64,000 bases of DNA, taken from positions 171,138 to 235,137 of the forward strand of contig JAPLUW010000001.1 in NCBI GenBank assembly GCA_026397405.1. Reading direction: 5' to 3'. A program made the position numbers and the translations under genes. Below are positions 56,793 through 64,000 of the stretch, piece by piece (position 1 is the first letter of the stretch; the number at the start of each line of letters is the position of its first letter). Origin of the DNA: Candidatus Adlerbacteria bacterium. Lineage in GTDB: Bacteria; Patescibacteriota; Minisyncoccia; Phycocordibacterales; SBAW01. The notes beneath the pieces are model-generated. The model did not search any database and was not told the origin of the DNA. It saw nothing but the letters and a program-made list of their open reading frames with translations.

Positions 56793-57866
56793 CTACTTTG
56801 TCATCGTAAACGGCCGCGCTGCTGCCCAATCAGTAGTAAACGTAGCTTGTAGTGATGCAATAACCGCAGGGGCAGAAAGTACTAGCCCTAGTTCCCTATT
56901 TTTGCTCATCGAGTTGTTGGAAAAATTTTCCGAACCGAGAAATGCGGTCGTGTTGTCGACCATAATCATCTTTGCATGTATGTACAACTTGCCTTTGGTC
57001 GATGGAAACGTACGCACACCAACTCCCGCAGCCTGGAGTTCCATAAATGCTTTTTTCCAGTTAGTGGCGTAGGTCATCACAACCTGTACGTGCACGCCGC
57101 GTCTTGCAGCTGCCACAAGTGCTGCAGTGATGTCAGCGTCTGCCATTTCTTCGTTATAAATTTTTAACGACGACGTTGCGGAATTAATTAAATAGAGAAG
57201 TTCGTCTTCCGAACCAGGGCTCCACACTAAGTCGTCACCCTCTTTCGCGATCGCACCACTTCCCTCCCAGTCCGAATTAAACGCCTCTTCTATTGCGCGC
57301 ACGTCGGCTGGGTCGGTGTCGTGTACGCCAAAGTCGCGACCAGTCGCGTAATATTTTTGTACCAAGTTAAAGGTCATAATAAATGCCTCGGAGCCGTCGA
57401 CAATAATAGTTTTTTGGTGCGTCAAGGCAAAGTATGTCGGCGTCCACTTCACGGACACGTTTACTTTTTGCAGCGCAGCGTACGCTCCGTCATTTCCTTT
57501 TTCCTTTTTTGCGTAGTACCCGCCGTTTAACATAACGCGCACCGCGACACCACGTGCCTGTGCTGCTGCCAGCGCTTGAACAACGGCCTGGTCGTCGAGT
57601 TGATACATCACCAGGTCAATAGACTTCTGCGCGTTTTGTATAAGCGCGAGCACGGGCGCGACTCCTGCCGCAGGTTCGGTAACAAGCGAAAAATATTCAG
57701 GCGGCGCAGCCTTAATTTCAACGGGCGAAACAAGTACACCCGCCCCTGTCGCGGCGGTTTGCTTAATAACCCGGTCGTAATGCGCAAAAAAGTCGCCCGA
57801 CACTGCCGCACCGCCAGCCGAAAGCAGCAACAAAAGCCCGGCAATAAAAAGATATTTTCTATACAC
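56793..57866 (-). CDS. secreted phospholipase D family protein
   Basis: Two HKD motifs HQKTIIVD and HAKMIMVD. Confidence 0.92.
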   Translation of the reverse strand: MYRKYLFIAGLLLLLSAGGAAVSGDFFAHYDRVIKQTAATGAGVLVSPVEIKAAPPEYFSLVTEPAAGVAPVLALIQNAQKSIDLVMYQLDDQAVVQALAAAQARGVAVRVMLNGGYYAKKEKGNDGAYAALQKVNVSVKWTPTYFALTHQKTIIVDGSEAFIMTFNLVQKYYATGRDFGVHDTDPADVRAIEEAFNSDWEGSGAIAKEGDDLVWSPGSEDELLYLINSATSSLKIYNEEMADADITAALVAAARRGVHVQVVMTYATNWKKAFMELQAAGVGVRTFPSTKGKLYIHAKMIMVDNTTAFLGSENFSNNSMSKNRELGLVLSAPAVIASLQATFTTDWAAARPFTMTK

Positions 57867-57892
57867 TGCTAATAGTATAGACTGACTGCACA

Positions 57893-57964
57893 GCCCCTGT
57901 AGTTAAACGGATATAACCGCGGACTTCTAAGCCGCTGTTCGAGGTTCGATTCCTCGCGGGGGCA
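57893..57964 (+). tRNA. tRNA-Arg(TCT)
   Basis: GCCCCTGTAGTTAAACGGATA, loop CTTCTAA, GGTTCGATTCC. Confidence 0.93.
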
Positions 57965-58039
57965 CAAAATATGTGGGTCACAGAAAAATACTTGTGACCA
58001 AAACAACATCTCATTAAAGATATATACTACCTAGTATCC

Positions 58040-58543
58040 ATGGTACGCCATATATTTACTCAAAAGTTTTGGCACCAGCTGTTTGAAGCAGGCGTTTTTT
58101 TGAAAGCGCTCAACAGCGTGTGGGAGACAGGTGCAGGAATTTTTTTGCTGTTTTCGACACACCCCATGCTTCGGGATCGATTCGTTTTCTTGACCCAGGA
58201 AGAGTTTGTGGGTGGGCGGCACGAATATATCTTCCGTCTTGCAAGCGAACAGCTTAACCATTTGTCTGTCAGTACAAAAAACTTTGTTGGCGTATATCTA
58301 CTGCTGCACGGCCTGCTCAACATGTTCCTTGCATACAACTTATACAAAAACCGGCTGTGGGCGTACCCTGTTGCTATTGGTATAACCTGCCTCTTTTTGG
58401 TGTACCAGCTCTACCGGCTCCTCCACACACATTCCCCTATTCTCTTGTGCGTCACCGCGTTCGATATTTTATTTATTGTACTGACATGGCACGAGTACCG
58501 TCATCAACAAAAGAAACAACACCATGCCAACCTTCCATCTTGA
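58040..58543 (+). CDS. DUF2127-like membrane protein
   Basis: LK....E...G, YLLLHG, LWAYP, YQLYR, LTWHEY. Confidence 0.75.
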   Translation: MVRHIFTQKFWHQLFEAGVFLKALNSVWETGAGIFLLFSTHPMLRDRFVFLTQEEFVGGRHEYIFRLASEQLNHLSVSTKNFVGVYLLLHGLLNMFLAYNLYKNRLWAYPVAIGITCLFLVYQLYRLLHTHSPILLCVTAFDILFIVLTWHEYRHQQKKQHHANLPS

Positions 58544-59135
58544 CCCTCTGCAGATAATTACCACGCTGGGGTACCTTGGTATTTTTTGTATCGTACTTGC
58601 CGAGTCAGGTGTACTTATTGGGTTTTTCCTCCCCGGCGACTCGCTACTGCTAACCGCAGGGCTGCTTGCGTCACAGGGCGTGCTTTCGCTGCCCGCGCTA
58701 CTTCTTATTATTCCTATAGCCGCAATTATGGGCGACAGTGTTGGCTATTCGTTTGGACGTTTTATCGGCCCACGGCTGTTCACTAAAAAAGATTCGTTAT
58801 TGTTTAACCAAAAACACATCACGCGCTCGCAAGAATTTTATGAACGATACGGAACGCGGGCACTCGTGCTTGCCCGCTTTATGCCGGCAGTACGCACCTT
58901 TGTCCCTATTGTTGCCGGGGTGGGCCGTATGCACTACCGAAAGTTCCTTGTCTACAACGCTATTGGAGGTTTCCTCTGGGGCACGGTGTTTACGTTGCTT
59001 GGCTACTTTTTAGGCAAAGCAGTTCCAAACATCGAGAACTATATACTCCCTATCGTGGTGGCGGTTGTCTTTATTTCTCTCTTGCCGGTGGTGCACGAGT
59101 GGTGGAAGAGTAGAAAGAAAAAATTACTTCACTAA
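58524..59135 (+). CDS. DedA family protein
   Basis: AESG..GFFLPGDSLL, ARFMPAVRT. Confidence 0.95.
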   Translation: MPTFHLDPLQIITTLGYLGIFCIVLAESGVLIGFFLPGDSLLLTAGLLASQGVLSLPALLLIIPIAAIMGDSVGYSFGRFIGPRLFTKKDSLLFNQKHITRSQEFYERYGTRALVLARFMPAVRTFVPIVAGVGRMHYRKFLVYNAIGGFLWGTVFTLLGYFLGKAVPNIENYILPIVVAVVFISLLPVVHEWWKSRKKKLLH

Positions 59136-59453
59136 GCTGCCCGGTGCTGCGTCAGTTTCAAAAAGCGAAAGTGGTGCGTCTCCCCCGCCTGTTGCAAGTA
59201 TCATGCCCTGGCTTTCAAGGCCCATCATCATACGCGGTGCCAAATTTGTAACAAACGGAACCTTCTTCCCTACCAATACAGAAATATCAGAAAAATATGG
59301 AGCAATACCCGAAAGCACTTGGCGTTCGCCCATTTCACCAAAGTTAACCTTCAACTTTAAAAGTTTTTCGCTCCCTTCAATAGCTTCCACGCTCAAAATC
59401 TCCCCGACGCGGATTTCTATTTTTTTAAAATCATCAATTGAAATTGGTTCCAT
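59124..59453 (-). CDS. stand-alone tRNA-binding OB domain (MetRS C-terminal/Trbp111-like)
   Basis: IDDFKKIEIRVG, NLAPRMMMGLESQGMIL. Confidence 0.9.
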   Translation of the reverse strand: MEPISIDDFKKIEIRVGEILSVEAIEGSEKLLKLKVNFGEMGERQVLSGIAPYFSDISVLVGKKVPFVTNLAPRMMMGLESQGMILATGGGDAPLSLFETDAAPGSLVK

Positions 59454-59474
59454 AGTTTTTTGCGATTATTTTTA

Positions 59475-59897
59475 TTACTCTACATCAGGTCGTTGCTTCA
59501 TTCGGTCTAAATAATTTTGCAAAATAAGTGCCGCGGCAGAAGAATCTAAGTTTTCCTGGCTTGGGTTTTGCTTCCGTGAGCCGTCGGGCGCAAACTGTCG
59601 CGCAGCCGCCATACTGCTCATAAACTCCGGTTCAAACTCTACCAACAATTCTGCATCTTCAAGTTTTTGTTTAAACAGCTCCACATACTTCATCACCGGA
59701 TTAGGTGTCCCACTGTAGTCGCGCGACTCGCCGAGGATAATTTTCTGCACGCCATTTTCGTGTGCAATATCCAGTACCTCTTTTATTGCATTCTCCCCTG
59801 CTTTTACGGTACCCAGCGGAAAGGCCAGAGTTGCCGTTTCGTCTGAAACCGCAACGCCAATGCGTTTGGTTCCGTAATCAATCCCGAGATATTTCAT
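59475..59897 (-). CDS. ruvX: YqgF/RuvX family nuclease
   Basis: LGIDYGTKRIGVAVSD, D..AAALILQNYL. Confidence 0.92.
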   Translation of the reverse strand: MKYLGIDYGTKRIGVAVSDETATLAFPLGTVKAGENAIKEVLDIAHENGVQKIILGESRDYSGTPNPVMKYVELFKQKLEDAELLVEFEPEFMSSMAAARQFAPDGSRKQNPSQENLDSSAAALILQNYLDRMKQRPDVE

Positions 59898-59947
59898 TAG
59901 AGGACAGCATAACATATTTGATATAATTGAGTGGTTTAAAGAACACC

Positions 59948-60712
59948 ATGTCTACCCTCTCCACTCTATGTACACAATGCAAAAAATCTTTTCAAAAAAG
60001 ATACACAAAACAATTATTTTGCAGTGTTGGATGTTCAAATCGCAAACATCTTAACAACAAAAATAATGAGGTCGTTTTGCCCGCTGCGTACTCCCCCGAG
60101 TTAGCCGAACTATTCGGTATTTTGCTTGGAGACGGTAGCGTTGAAACATACTTTACAAAAGTGTATCTAAATCGAGTGGTGGACAAACCATACGTCTCAT
60201 TTGTTTTTAAACTCTGCAAAAGACTTTTTCCAAAAGCATCAGTAACCCGATACGACCGACCAGCAAAAGGGGTGGTCGAGGTCCAGATTTCTTCCAAGGC
60301 AGTGTCTGATTATCTCTTTTCAATTGGTTTTAAACCGAAAGAACGCACCGTCCCTGCTTGGATATCTTCCAACGTGCCCTTCACTAAACGCACTCTTCGA
60401 GGACTTTTTGATACGGAAGGCTCTGTTTCTTTCAAATTTTATAGAGGTGCGCTTGGAGATACTTTCTATAGGCAACTAACCTGCACTAATTCTAATAAAA
60501 ATATTTTATCATTTTTGGAAAAGAAACTGACTCTGCTAGGTTTCAAACCGACCAAAAATTCGAGGAAAAATATCTACATAAGTAACCGACTTGATATTAA
60601 GAAGTTTTTAGATGATATTGGTAGCAGCAATCCAAAAATTCTACGAAAACTCAGGGCTAAAAACCTAACAGAATTTCGCCAGAAAGTGATTGTGCAGAAA
60701 GGCAATATATAA
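59948..60712 (+). CDS. free-standing double-motif LAGLIDADG endonuclease-like protein with N-terminal Zn finger
   Basis: CTQC...FCSVGC; LFGILLGDGS and LRGLFDTEGS; AT-rich; ends 1 nt before tRNA-Ser. Confidence 0.85.
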   Translation: MSTLSTLCTQCKKSFQKRYTKQLFCSVGCSNRKHLNNKNNEVVLPAAYSPELAELFGILLGDGSVETYFTKVYLNRVVDKPYVSFVFKLCKRLFPKASVTRYDRPAKGVVEVQISSKAVSDYLFSIGFKPKERTVPAWISSNVPFTKRTLRGLFDTEGSVSFKFYRGALGDTFYRQLTCTNSNKNILSFLEKKLTLLGFKPTKNSRKNIYISNRLDIKKFLDDIGSSNPKILRKLRAKNLTEFRQKVIVQKGNI

Positions 60713-60713
60713 C

Positions 60714-60798
60714 GGAGAGGTGGCAGAGTGGTCTATCGCACCGCACTTGAAATGCGGCGTACCGCAAGGTACCGTGAGTTCGAATCTCACCCTCTCCG
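60714..60798 (+). tRNA. tRNA-Ser(TGA)
   Basis: GGAGAGGTGGCAGAGTGG, loop CTTGAAA, long variable arm, GTTCGAATC. Confidence 0.96.
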
Positions 60799-60805
60799 CA
60801 AAATG

Positions 60806-60835
60806 AAAAACAGGTGCTTCTGCACCTGTTTTTTT
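60806..60835 (+). terminator. terminator after tRNA-Ser
   Basis: AAAAACAGGTGC-TTCT-GCACCTGTTTTTTT. Confidence 0.85.
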
Positions 60836-60840
60836 ATTTC

Positions 60841-60985
60841 TGTGGAATGAAGATGGAGAGATTCGAAAGACGGAAAAAATTTGTTCGGGGAACGAATTTT
60901 TGAGTCGGGGTCGAGGATGCCAGGCTTTTTCAAACATGCGAAGAAAAAGCCGGCAGACCGTGACCGAATCTCACCTCCTCCGCCA
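60841..60985 (+). repeat. structured element after tRNA-Ser (inverted copy, two hairpins, direct copy)
   Basis: GAGATTCGAA (60858-67) is the inverse of the T-arm; ACCGTGACCGAATCTCACCTCCTCCGCCA (60957-85) is a diverged direct copy. Confidence 0.75.
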
Positions 60986-61033
60986 GGCACAGATTCTGGT
61001 TCTTTACGCGAAACTTCAAACAGAGGAGGTCTC

Positions 61034-61147
61034 ATGAGTCTCTCTAATATGTTTCGAAAATATCGGGGTTTGATTGATGGGATTGTAGGAGTAGGTTTTA
61101 TATGCGCCATGGTCCTCTTCTTTTTCATAGTGGGGACCGTAAAGTAG
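61034..61147 (+). CDS. small membrane protein (37 aa)
   Basis: GGAGG SD; MSLSNMFRKYRGLIDGIVGVGFICAMVLFFFIVGTVK; hairpin+U tract after stop. Confidence 0.5.
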   Translation: MSLSNMFRKYRGLIDGIVGVGFICAMVLFFFIVGTVK

Positions 61148-61259
61148 CGCGGACCGGCTACACATCAGCCGGTTTTTCTTTTGTAATTACCTCCCACCTA
61201 AACCGTCATCATGTATGTTGCCCTTATTCGGCAACGGTTTACTGGCCTAAACAATACAT

Positions 61260-61745
61260 ATGAAAAAAATAAATTACTACCTCGCAACAAGCACCGTGGC
61301 ACTTGCACTTATTGCAGTAGCGGCTCCTGCACTTGCCAGCGCAAATGAAGGTTCTAAACATGCATCAGTACAAACTGGAGCACGTGCCTCTCTCCACATT
61401 GGGGGCGATAAAGACAAAAATCATGACACTGATAAAAAAACACGCCGCGCAGAAGGTACAAAAAACTTCCTCGCAGCAATAGGTGCTGCCGGCGCAGGTG
61501 TTGTGACATCGGTCAACGGTTCAACCGTCACACTCAAGTCGTTCGGCACAAAAGCAACAACTACTGTCACAACTAACGCCTCGACTGTGTACAAAGTAAA
61601 CGGCCAAGCAACAACCTCAGCCGCAGTGGCTGCCGGTTCGCACGTAATTGTTACTGGTACGACAAATGCTGACACCAGCATTACCGCGTCCATCATAAGC
61701 ATCTTCACTGGTTGGTTTGGATTCTTCAAACACCTCTTCCGCTAA
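61260..61745 (+). CDS. secreted DUF5666-like OB-fold protein
   Basis: Signal peptide; GVVTSVNGSTVTL...TVTTNASTVY...GSHVIVTG..ITA. Confidence 0.7.
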   Translation: MKKINYYLATSTVALALIAVAAPALASANEGSKHASVQTGARASLHIGGDKDKNHDTDKKTRRAEGTKNFLAAIGAAGAGVVTSVNGSTVTLKSFGTKATTTVTTNASTVYKVNGQATTSAAVAAGSHVIVTGTTNADTSITASIISIFTGWFGFFKHLFR

Positions 61746-61768
61746 CCAACAGTGGAGTAAAGCAACCG

Positions 61769-61798
61769 GCCCCCGCATCCATACATGCGGGGGCTTTT
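61769..61798 (+). terminator. intrinsic terminator
   Basis: GCCCCCGCAT...ATGCGGGGGCTTTT. Confidence 0.8.
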
Positions 61799-61821
61799 GC
61801 TATGTGCCCTATACTGGGCAG

Positions 61822-62787
61822 ATGCAACTCGGGCAAAACAAAAAAATTATATCTGTGGCAACCCTAGTACTGCTGTGTATGGGAGTAGCCGTGGTTCTGT
61901 GGCTGCGGACACATCCCGCAACACCCACAGGCGATACTACTCAAATCGCATACTGGAAGGGGCGTATTGAAATAGAAGGCGCAGGGAAAGCGTACGCTGG
62001 CTTAGCATGCAGTTTAAAAAACAAAACGGGAGTACAAGGGCATACAGAGGCGCACTACTTTGGCGCAGCACTGTATCAAGAAGTTGGGTTGGCCGGTGCG
62101 TTTACATGCGACGACCGGTTTCAATATGGCTGCCTGCACGAACTGCTCGGGCGTGCACTGCATGCACAAGGTGTGTCTGTACTGCCAGCATTGCACGCCT
62201 TGTGTGTACAGTCGGAAGCGGCGGACCCATATTCGCTATGCGAACATGGTATTGGCCACGGCCTACTTTCATATGTTGGATACGATGCACAGGCACTCAC
62301 CCGCGCTCTTTCATTATGCAAAAATTCTTCAACACCGGCTGCTGCGGGCAAATGCGAAGCAGGTGTATTTATGGAATATTTTGATCAGACAATGCTGGGC
62401 GCAGACACTCCCCCATTCAAAATATCTAAAGACAGTCCATTTGCCCCTTGCAGTGGGTTTTCGGCATCCGAACACGCGCAGTGTGTCAGTTTTATGCCAC
62501 GAGTCTGGAGGAAAAATTTCTGGCCCACCTCTGCCACAAGCACTGCGGCAGTAACCGCAACAGGCCGCTACTGCGAGTCGTTGCCTGAACATTTTTTACA
62601 AATTTCCTGCTTTGCAGGTATTGGAAATGAAATATACATACATGCACAAGGAAATACTGCCATTGCAGATGCACTGTGTTCACAGTACAGCAACGAACAG
62701 TCTTTGGTTGCCTCATGCATACAAGAAGTGGCACACCTTGCGGCCATAGACACAAGTTCTACTCACCCAGATGCATGCACACCCTAG
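61822..62787 (+). CDS. membrane-anchored Cys/His-rich helical repeat protein
   Basis: TM; GCLHE, CEHGIGHG, CEAGVFME, CFAGIG repeats. Confidence 0.7.
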   Translation: MQLGQNKKIISVATLVLLCMGVAVVLWLRTHPATPTGDTTQIAYWKGRIEIEGAGKAYAGLACSLKNKTGVQGHTEAHYFGAALYQEVGLAGAFTCDDRFQYGCLHELLGRALHAQGVSVLPALHALCVQSEAADPYSLCEHGIGHGLLSYVGYDAQALTRALSLCKNSSTPAAAGKCEAGVFMEYFDQTMLGADTPPFKISKDSPFAPCSGFSASEHAQCVSFMPRVWRKNFWPTSATSTAAVTATGRYCESLPEHFLQISCFAGIGNEIYIHAQGNTAIADALCSQYSNEQSLVASCIQEVAHLAAIDTSSTHPDACTP

Positions 62788-62790
62788 ATA

Positions 62791-63906
62791 TTACCCAAAC
62801 GTAAACGTATATGCGTCCAGCCCCGGTGAGGAAACTTTAATTTCTATAACGTGCTCTGCCTGTGTTGCGCCTTCAACTAATTTATAGAGCCTCGACTCTT
62901 GTACATGCACCTGTCCTTGCACATCGACGTCAGCACCTTTGTTTGCAGTAATTATTTTGCCGTCTACATATATAGTTAGCGTCACGTCCTTTGCAGCACT
63001 TGCAACCAAATACACATCTTTTGCACTGTAGTGGTACGTGATAGTTGCATGTGCAGATATGTTTTCTGCATACTCGCTTCCAAAATTCCACATACCGCCC
63101 AGGTACAGCGTGTTTGGTGCAGCATTAGCTAGAGCGGGTGCCACAAGAGTCTGTGTACCTTGTGTTTGCTGCGCGCCGTTTCCTAAATATTGGTTCCGCG
63201 CAAATCCAAAATATGTTTCTGGGCTCGCAGTTTGTATCGTGCTCGTGACGTCGACAAATCCAGTCGGAATTGGTGCCACTAACCCGAGTGTTTGGTTGCG
63301 TTCTGCAAGTAGTTTTTGAATAGCACTTTCAGTTTCTTCATAGTTTCCCTCCCCAATAGAGTGTTCGCGCACCAAACCGTCGGTGTCGATAAGATATTCT
63401 GCTGGCCAATATTGGTTGTGGTACGCACCCCACGTGTATAAGTTACTATCCAAAATAACTGGGTAGGTAATACCAAATTTCTGTACTGCCGCTTGCACAT
63501 TGGCGAGCACTTTTTCAAATGCAAATTCTGGAGCGTGCACACCAACAATGGTAAACCCGTAGTTTTTATACTTCTGGTACCACGCTTCCAGATATGGAAT
63601 AGTGCGCATGCAGTTGATGCAGCTGTATGTCCAAAAATCCACAAGTACAACCCTGTGTTGCTGGTTAATAAGTGTGTCGAGTGTGGTTGTTGCCGGCGTA
63701 TTTATATATCCGTCGGGCGATACAAACTCATTCGCCTTGGAGTACAACACACTGTTGGCCGCAAAGTTTGCCGAATGTGCACCTACTGCAACAGGCACGC
63801 CAGAAGGGCCCGGACCCGCCTTCCCGCTTTCCAAATACCAGATGATCGCTGCAATAAGTACAAGAACCACGACAAGTGTAGTAGTGCGTTTTGTTGTGGC
63901 GTTCAT
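62791..63906 (-). CDS. DipZ-like thioredoxin domain protein
   Basis: DFWTYSCINC, GVHAPEFAFEK, NQYWPA, GEGNY, YTFTFG. Confidence 0.9.
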   Translation of the reverse strand: MNATTKRTTTLVVVLVLIAAIIWYLESGKAGPGPSGVPVAVGAHSANFAANSVLYSKANEFVSPDGYINTPATTTLDTLINQQHRVVLVDFWTYSCINCMRTIPYLEAWYQKYKNYGFTIVGVHAPEFAFEKVLANVQAAVQKFGITYPVILDSNLYTWGAYHNQYWPAEYLIDTDGLVREHSIGEGNYEETESAIQKLLAERNQTLGLVAPIPTGFVDVTSTIQTASPETYFGFARNQYLGNGAQQTQGTQTLVAPALANAAPNTLYLGGMWNFGSEYAENISAHATITYHYSAKDVYLVASAAKDVTLTIYVDGKIITANKGADVDVQGQVHVQESRLYKLVEGATQAEHVIEIKVSSPGLDAYTFTFG

Positions 63907-63910
63907 ACTG

Positions 63911-64000
63911 TTATTTCAAAAAGAAGTTATTAATAACATCTAAGTTACCTAATAGTGAAAGGTCGTTTGTAAACACGAGTATGCCAAGGAGCACGAGTAG
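63911..64000 (-). CDS. 3' end of probable CcdA-type cytochrome c biogenesis membrane protein
   Basis: ...LLVLLGILVFTNDLSLLGNLDVINNFFLK*, directly upstream of the DipZ-like gene. Confidence 0.5.
   Translation of the reverse strand, partial: LLVLLGILVFTNDLSLLGNLDVINNFFLK

Noticed and set aside
53897-56829. Extended N-termini of the DUF475 and mntH ORFs in the ORF track
   Set aside because: They run through tRNA-Leu and tRNA-Val; the true starts are probably 53897 and 56640

Overview
64 kb of a small-genome bacterium. Gene content and style point to Patescibacteria/CPR, probably Parcubacteria (inference). The backbone is housekeeping: rplJ with an L10 leader, ftsK, recA, efp, rpsF-ssb-rpsR, tatD, metG, glyQS, recO, ileS, argS, glyA, secE-nusG-rplK without rplA, rplS and five tRNAs, plus a large S-layer-like surface protein. 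Highlights: (1) a thymidylate/folate cluster (33.5-38.2 kb) whose ThyA has Asp at the E. coli Asn177 position (dCMP-type) and whose Dcd-fold neighbour has Pro at the catalytic Glu138 position, together suggesting a dCTP->dCMP->5-methyl-dCMP->dTMP route; (2) short structured elements after the 3' ends of rplK, tRNA-Ser and tRNA-His, each made of an inverted copy of the gene end, two hairpins and a diverged direct copy; (3) a 9.8-kb AT-rich island in tRNA-His whose attP lies inside the large serine recombinase gene and which carries restriction/defence cargo; (4) many apparently leaderless genes, contrasting with GC-rich orphan genes that have their own promoters and SD sites. All calls come from reading motifs by eye; no searches were run.
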